This document shows, one piece after another, positions 59,278-64,000 of a stretch of DNA of 64,000 nucleotides. Within the stretch, counting starts at the first letter, position 1. Each line of letters opens with the position of its first letter. The stretch is from NCBI GenBank assembly GCA_023515795.1, contig JALGPX010000005.1, positions 124,001 to 188,000 on the forward strand. The letters run 5' to 3'. Under the pieces are notes generated by a model that worked only from the letters and a program-made list of their open reading frames with translations, did no database searches and had not been told where the DNA came from. The DNA is from Amoeboaphelidium occidentale. Lineage: Eukaryota. The position numbers were made by a program, and so were the translations under genes.

Positions 59278-62200
59278 TCAATAGTGAGCGAAAGCACATA
59301 CGCCTTCTCTGCAAAGCTCTTCAGCAGTGAATGAATAATCATCATAGTTCAGCGATGCAGAAAACAAGATATCCTTTCTATCTTCATTCAGATAAACAGG
59401 AACCGATAACTGCTTCTTGATCTGTTTATCTTCACCAGACATGTTCCATGAGAGGTACGCTGTTGTAAGTTCTTCAAACGGCTCTGATTCAGATCTGCGT
59501 ACACAACCATCTGAGCAAGCAGTCAGTCCGTAGAAGTAAACCTTGAAAAGAGTGAACGAATCTCGAGAACTTTTCAAACTAAAACTCAAAGTCAAATTTT
59601 CCAGTGACCAGCTATTCTTCCTTGTGGTAAATTGTCTTGTTGCTGTCAAGAATGCTTCGGGCCTAAACAAACCACCTAAAATTTAAATCATGCGCTCTGA
59701 ATAAATTACCTAGCCAAATAGAAAGAGAAACTAGTTCCTGATACTTTGCGGCACTCAACAATGAAGTTACAGTTTGGTATTGCTCCAATCTAGCACAGAA
59801 GTCTCTGAACCAGACATTCAAAGTAGTGAAAGCTCCTGAAATTCTGTATGTCATCCACTTATCAGGCACAGCTCCTTTCGAAAAACACTCATACAGCATC
59901 CTAGAATTATTTGTTCCTTTGGCCTCTCTTTTGACAAACAGATTCAAGTCGTCCAAATCATTTTGAACCATCAAAAGCAATTGAGAAGCTTCGTCGACTT
60001 CTCTTTGGTAGAACGAGACAATTGGCTCCAAGTAATGCTCTTTAGGTGATCTCATATCCTGTTGTGAATATTTAAACTTGCAATCATCGATTTGTTTCTT
60101 CATCTTATCGAGTAATTCATGCATACCGCTTGAAACGATAGAATCAGTTGCAGCGTTAGCTTCAACACTAAAATCTTCAGTGGCAGCTCCAAGTAATCTA
60201 ACACGAGATGCTAGTTCAGATGCATCTTTTCTAGCTAAAAGGTAATCTATATCTCCTCTCAGACCTAAGAAAGTTGGGTCAAAATGCTGGTTTAATCCAA
60301 GTGACCACTCCACAAATTGACTCATCTTTCGAACATCAGGTCCCAAAAACTTTGTGTTTCTGCGAGTCCCCAAGTACAAATCGTATTCTGCATTGAAAGC
60401 TTCCTTTGAGAAGAGCTTGTCAATAATGGAGTCAAGAAGAATCTGATCAAAGATACTATCAATTCTTCCACCATACACAGATTCTTTCAAAAGCCTCTTG
60501 ATAGATTCAAAAGGAATGGAGTTGACGGGAACATTATTCAACTTACTTTCCAAGTGACTATCGATAACTTTTAAAGCGCAATCATAGTCAGCAGAATTGA
60601 AATCGTAAGATCTGCTGAACGAAATAGGCAAGAACCTCAATCTTTCCATGATTATCGAATGCAAGAAAGATGAGAAGAAATAAAGTCGATTCTTCTCTAC
60701 AGGCAATATTTCCTTCGATTCGTTCTCAGTAATTGCTGTGTTCAAGCATTCTGTCAAGGAAAATTGCAAGCCACGACCCGATTCAAAGATTACGCTTCTG
60801 CAGGACTGCAAAAGGGAGCAAGGAAAGTTCTTGTTGGCATTCATTTCGACTGTAAAGAATAACTTGTTCTTTAGGGATTTCATTTGTTTCAATCTGTAAA
60901 TCTTTTTCTCAAGGACTTGTTCTAGCCATTCTGCATCAGCCAAGTGAGTGTTTTTCAATAGAACCCAAGCAGGCTTAGATGAACCCGGACCCAACAAATA
61001 ATGATTGATTATTTTCTCTGCCTCATTCAAAGATTCTTGAGATCCTATCGCCACAGAAACTAACTCGACATTATCACGTTCACTCAAAGCTACTTCTTCA
61101 ATCTTATCACTGCAATCTAAACCAAGAGTGGAAACAACTGCAAAAACAGAATAAGAATCTAAATCCAATGCCTTCACTGCTGGGTTAGACTTTTCCAGTA
61201 AGATGGTATCAACGATATTTTCATCGATGGATCTTGATTGTTCTGGATGGACTGCCTTGTCAACTAAAACTTTCAACAAAAACAAACTCAACTGACTAGG
61301 CGCCGCTGCCTTTGCATTATGGGAATAAAGGTCAATATTCTTCAAAACAACGGAATTGTAGAGACTAGCAAGTTCTCCCTCTGATTCTTTTGTGATAGAT
61401 TCATCAGTATAGTAAGTTTCAAAGAACTTCTTAGCATCCGAGTTCAAACTTATGAGCTCCAGTGACGATGGTTTGAATCCTTTAAACACGCGCTCGAGTA
61501 GATTTACATCATTCTTCACAGGGTCTCCTGATAACATCACTTTGATGAAGCAAAGATGCAAGCCAAGCAAAACCAAGTCCTTCTTCAACAATGAATAACT
61601 TGTCTCGGCATACAAAGATGATAAGAACTTGGATGAGAAGTTCTCAAAAAAGTCTTTTTCATCTGAAACAGCTGAAAGGTTCTTTTCAAAAACTTTCATG
61701 AAAGACTCCAAAGCAATTTCATAGTAATCGTTGAGTTTTGACAAATTCTTCAACACAAAGTATGCTTTTGTAATATTTTCTCCTTGTGGATTGAAAAGCG
61801 CTATTGAAGAATGCAAGTCTTCCATGACTTTAGAAGCTTCCTGTGTTTTTCTAGTGATTTGTAAGGATTCCGTCTTCAAAGTTTCCAACTCAGTTAATAC
61901 AGCATCATTCTCTAGGATATTGCCACTGCTTTCACTGATTTTGTTCAAAAGAGATGATTCCAATTTTCTCAGCATCAAGTTATACTCTCCTTGCAATTTT
62001 TCTGTTTCTCTCTTCTTGATTCCTATTTCTGGCCTTATCTTATCAAGAATGCTGTTTAGAATCTTGTTCTGTAAACCCCTGCTTGTAACAGTAAAATTGA
62101 CAAGCTTGCATTTGCTTGAAATGTTGAAGCTATTAAAATCAAAGGAAGACAATCTGCTAAACAAGAATAGTTTGAAATTTGGCGAAACATCAACTTCATC

Positions 62201-64000
62201 AATATTGGAATTCCCTGCACCGCTGCCCGAGCCCCCTGAAGCAGAAGCTTTCGTGTGACCGATACGAATAAGGTTTCTCCCACCAGTTCTTTTTATCTCC
62301 TTCGCTAATACAGGGTTTACAATAGGATCAAACATTTCAGCATCCTGAATAATCAGAATGTTTCCGAATCTTATGCAGGACTCTAATGTCTTCTGAAGGG
62401 AATCATCCAAGAAAGAGCTAACAATGACATTGTTCTTGCCCTTTAACTCATAAAACTTCTTCAAAAAGTTGACTGCTTCGCCGCTTGGATCAACTATCAG
62501 CGGATACTTATTCTCAAACAGTGGTCCAGTTAACATCAGGGCGTTTTCGCAAGCAGTTTCATCGTTGACCGCAAGTCCTGCATTTTCCCATTGATTCCTT
62601 TCATCGAAACTTTGAATATTGTAATCAACAAGAGCAAGGCTTGCATCAAAGCTGATACTTGCTGCATCCAACTCCGTCTTATACAATGACATGATATCCG
62701 ATCTGGTTTTGTGATCGTAATAACCAGCATAAACAAAAAATAAAGCAGACAAGAGAACATTGCCAGTCAAGTTTGCGAGCTTTTCGCGGAAGAGTTGACA
62801 GGTTTCAGTCCAACGAACTTTTTCCTGAGATAGATTTTGAATAAGCGCAACTGATCTCGTAACTTTCAAGTTAAGCATATCCATATCTGCTTTAATTGCT
62901 TGAGTGCTAGATATTAACATTGCGTATTCATCCTTGTATCTCTTAATTGAGCTCTCCAACTCTTCAATCATACTTTCCATGGATACAAGCTTTAGACGTG
63001 TGGACTCTGCTTCATTTTCTAACGATTCGACTTCTTCTCGCAACGGACCAACCTTATTCAACATTTCGGAGTAAACAACTTGAGCTATCAGCCATTGAAC
63101 AAGCGGACCGCAAGCTTTACTAGCCCGATTAACCGATTCAAAGTTGAAGTCGGAATTAGAGAGATAGTCTCTTTTAATTCTGTCCCGTAACTCTTTGGTC
63201 ATTTTCTCGTTTGTGTCAAAGTTGACAATCGAAGGAATGAAATCGTCCTTTCTTATTTGTTGTTGAACACTCTTCCAATCTGGAACGCTTGCGCCGGGCT
63301 GCAAAAGCTGGCATACAGCCTCCATCGTAAGTTTAACTAAATTAGGCGGGTTAGCCATGGATCTAACTTCAGTCAACTGCTGCTTCTTGATGTTAGAGAC
63401 GCTCTCTTTTGCTTCTTGGACAGCTGGTTCTGCTTTGCTCAAATCTTCCATCACAACTTTTTTCCTACTTTCAATCTCCTTGTTTTTCACTTCAAGCTGT
63501 TTTCTTATATTCAAAGATATCGCTTTCTTCTCTTCCGCTTCCTTTTGATCATTGACCATTTGTTCCAGTTTTTGATTTGCAAGAATGGACTGTTCCTCCA
63601 ACTGATCTTGCTTCTCTTTCAAATTCTTGCGCAATTCAGAAACAAGCTTAACGGTCTCTTCAAGCTTCTCCAAACCATGATTTACATGAATTTGCTCCTC
63701 TTCTAATTTCTGGCGCTTTTCTGTGTACAACTTGACAACTAACCTCAACACATCAAAAATCTGTCCAGCACTGACAACATTATTCTTTACACTCAAATTC
63801 TTGGTGAGTTTATGGCAAGACAGAATCGTTGAGGTAATGTTTCTCAGATTCAGTTCTTCGTCCCTTGTAGATTCATTTGTAACAAAATCGAGCTTCGACA
63901 AAACCTTCTGTGCAATCTCAACAATAGCATCGTCTGAAAATTCACCATACCAATTCAGAACACACCTATTAAACAGTGCCGGAGAAGCTGTTGCTTTGTT
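59278..64000 (-). CDS. DYN1: Cytoplasmic dynein heavy chain, C-terminal part (stalk, MTBD, AAA5, AAA6, C-terminal domain); continues past the window
   Basis: SPALFNRCV, DLSKAEPAV, EVRSMANPP, VNRASKACGPL, PLIVDPSG, LVNFTVT, WVLLKNTHLA, VYGGRID, RPEAFLTATRQ. Confidence 0.95.

Overview
A very compact, intron-containing eukaryotic genome segment, most consistent with an early-diverging fungus or relative (aphelid/rozellid/chytrid-like). The evidence is a division-2 chitin synthase, HDEL-type BiP, ~30-nt GT-AG introns and intergenic gaps of only 9-40 bp; the species cannot be determined from sequence alone. Positions 1-49.6 kb and 57.9-64 kb carry about 28 mostly housekeeping genes. Many N-gaps are flanked by near-identical duplicated sequence, which looks like two haplotypes assembled in tandem. 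Positions ~49.7-57.9 kb form an accessory island with a secreted BTB-like protein, an elongator tRNA-Met, a Ty1/copia LTR with a half-tRNA primer site, and the main discovery. That discovery is a minus-strand locus (51745-56443) which, once assembly overlaps are removed, reconstructs to a single 3333-nt (~1110 aa) reading frame. It fuses an N-terminal FEN1/XPG-type PIN 5'-nuclease domain to a C-terminal Fanzor1/TnpB-type RuvC plus zinc-finger domain. A hairpin-rich 3' region follows and is a candidate omega (guide) RNA. The assembled copies carry disabling mutations. Gene boundaries were assigned by eye and no database searches were run.
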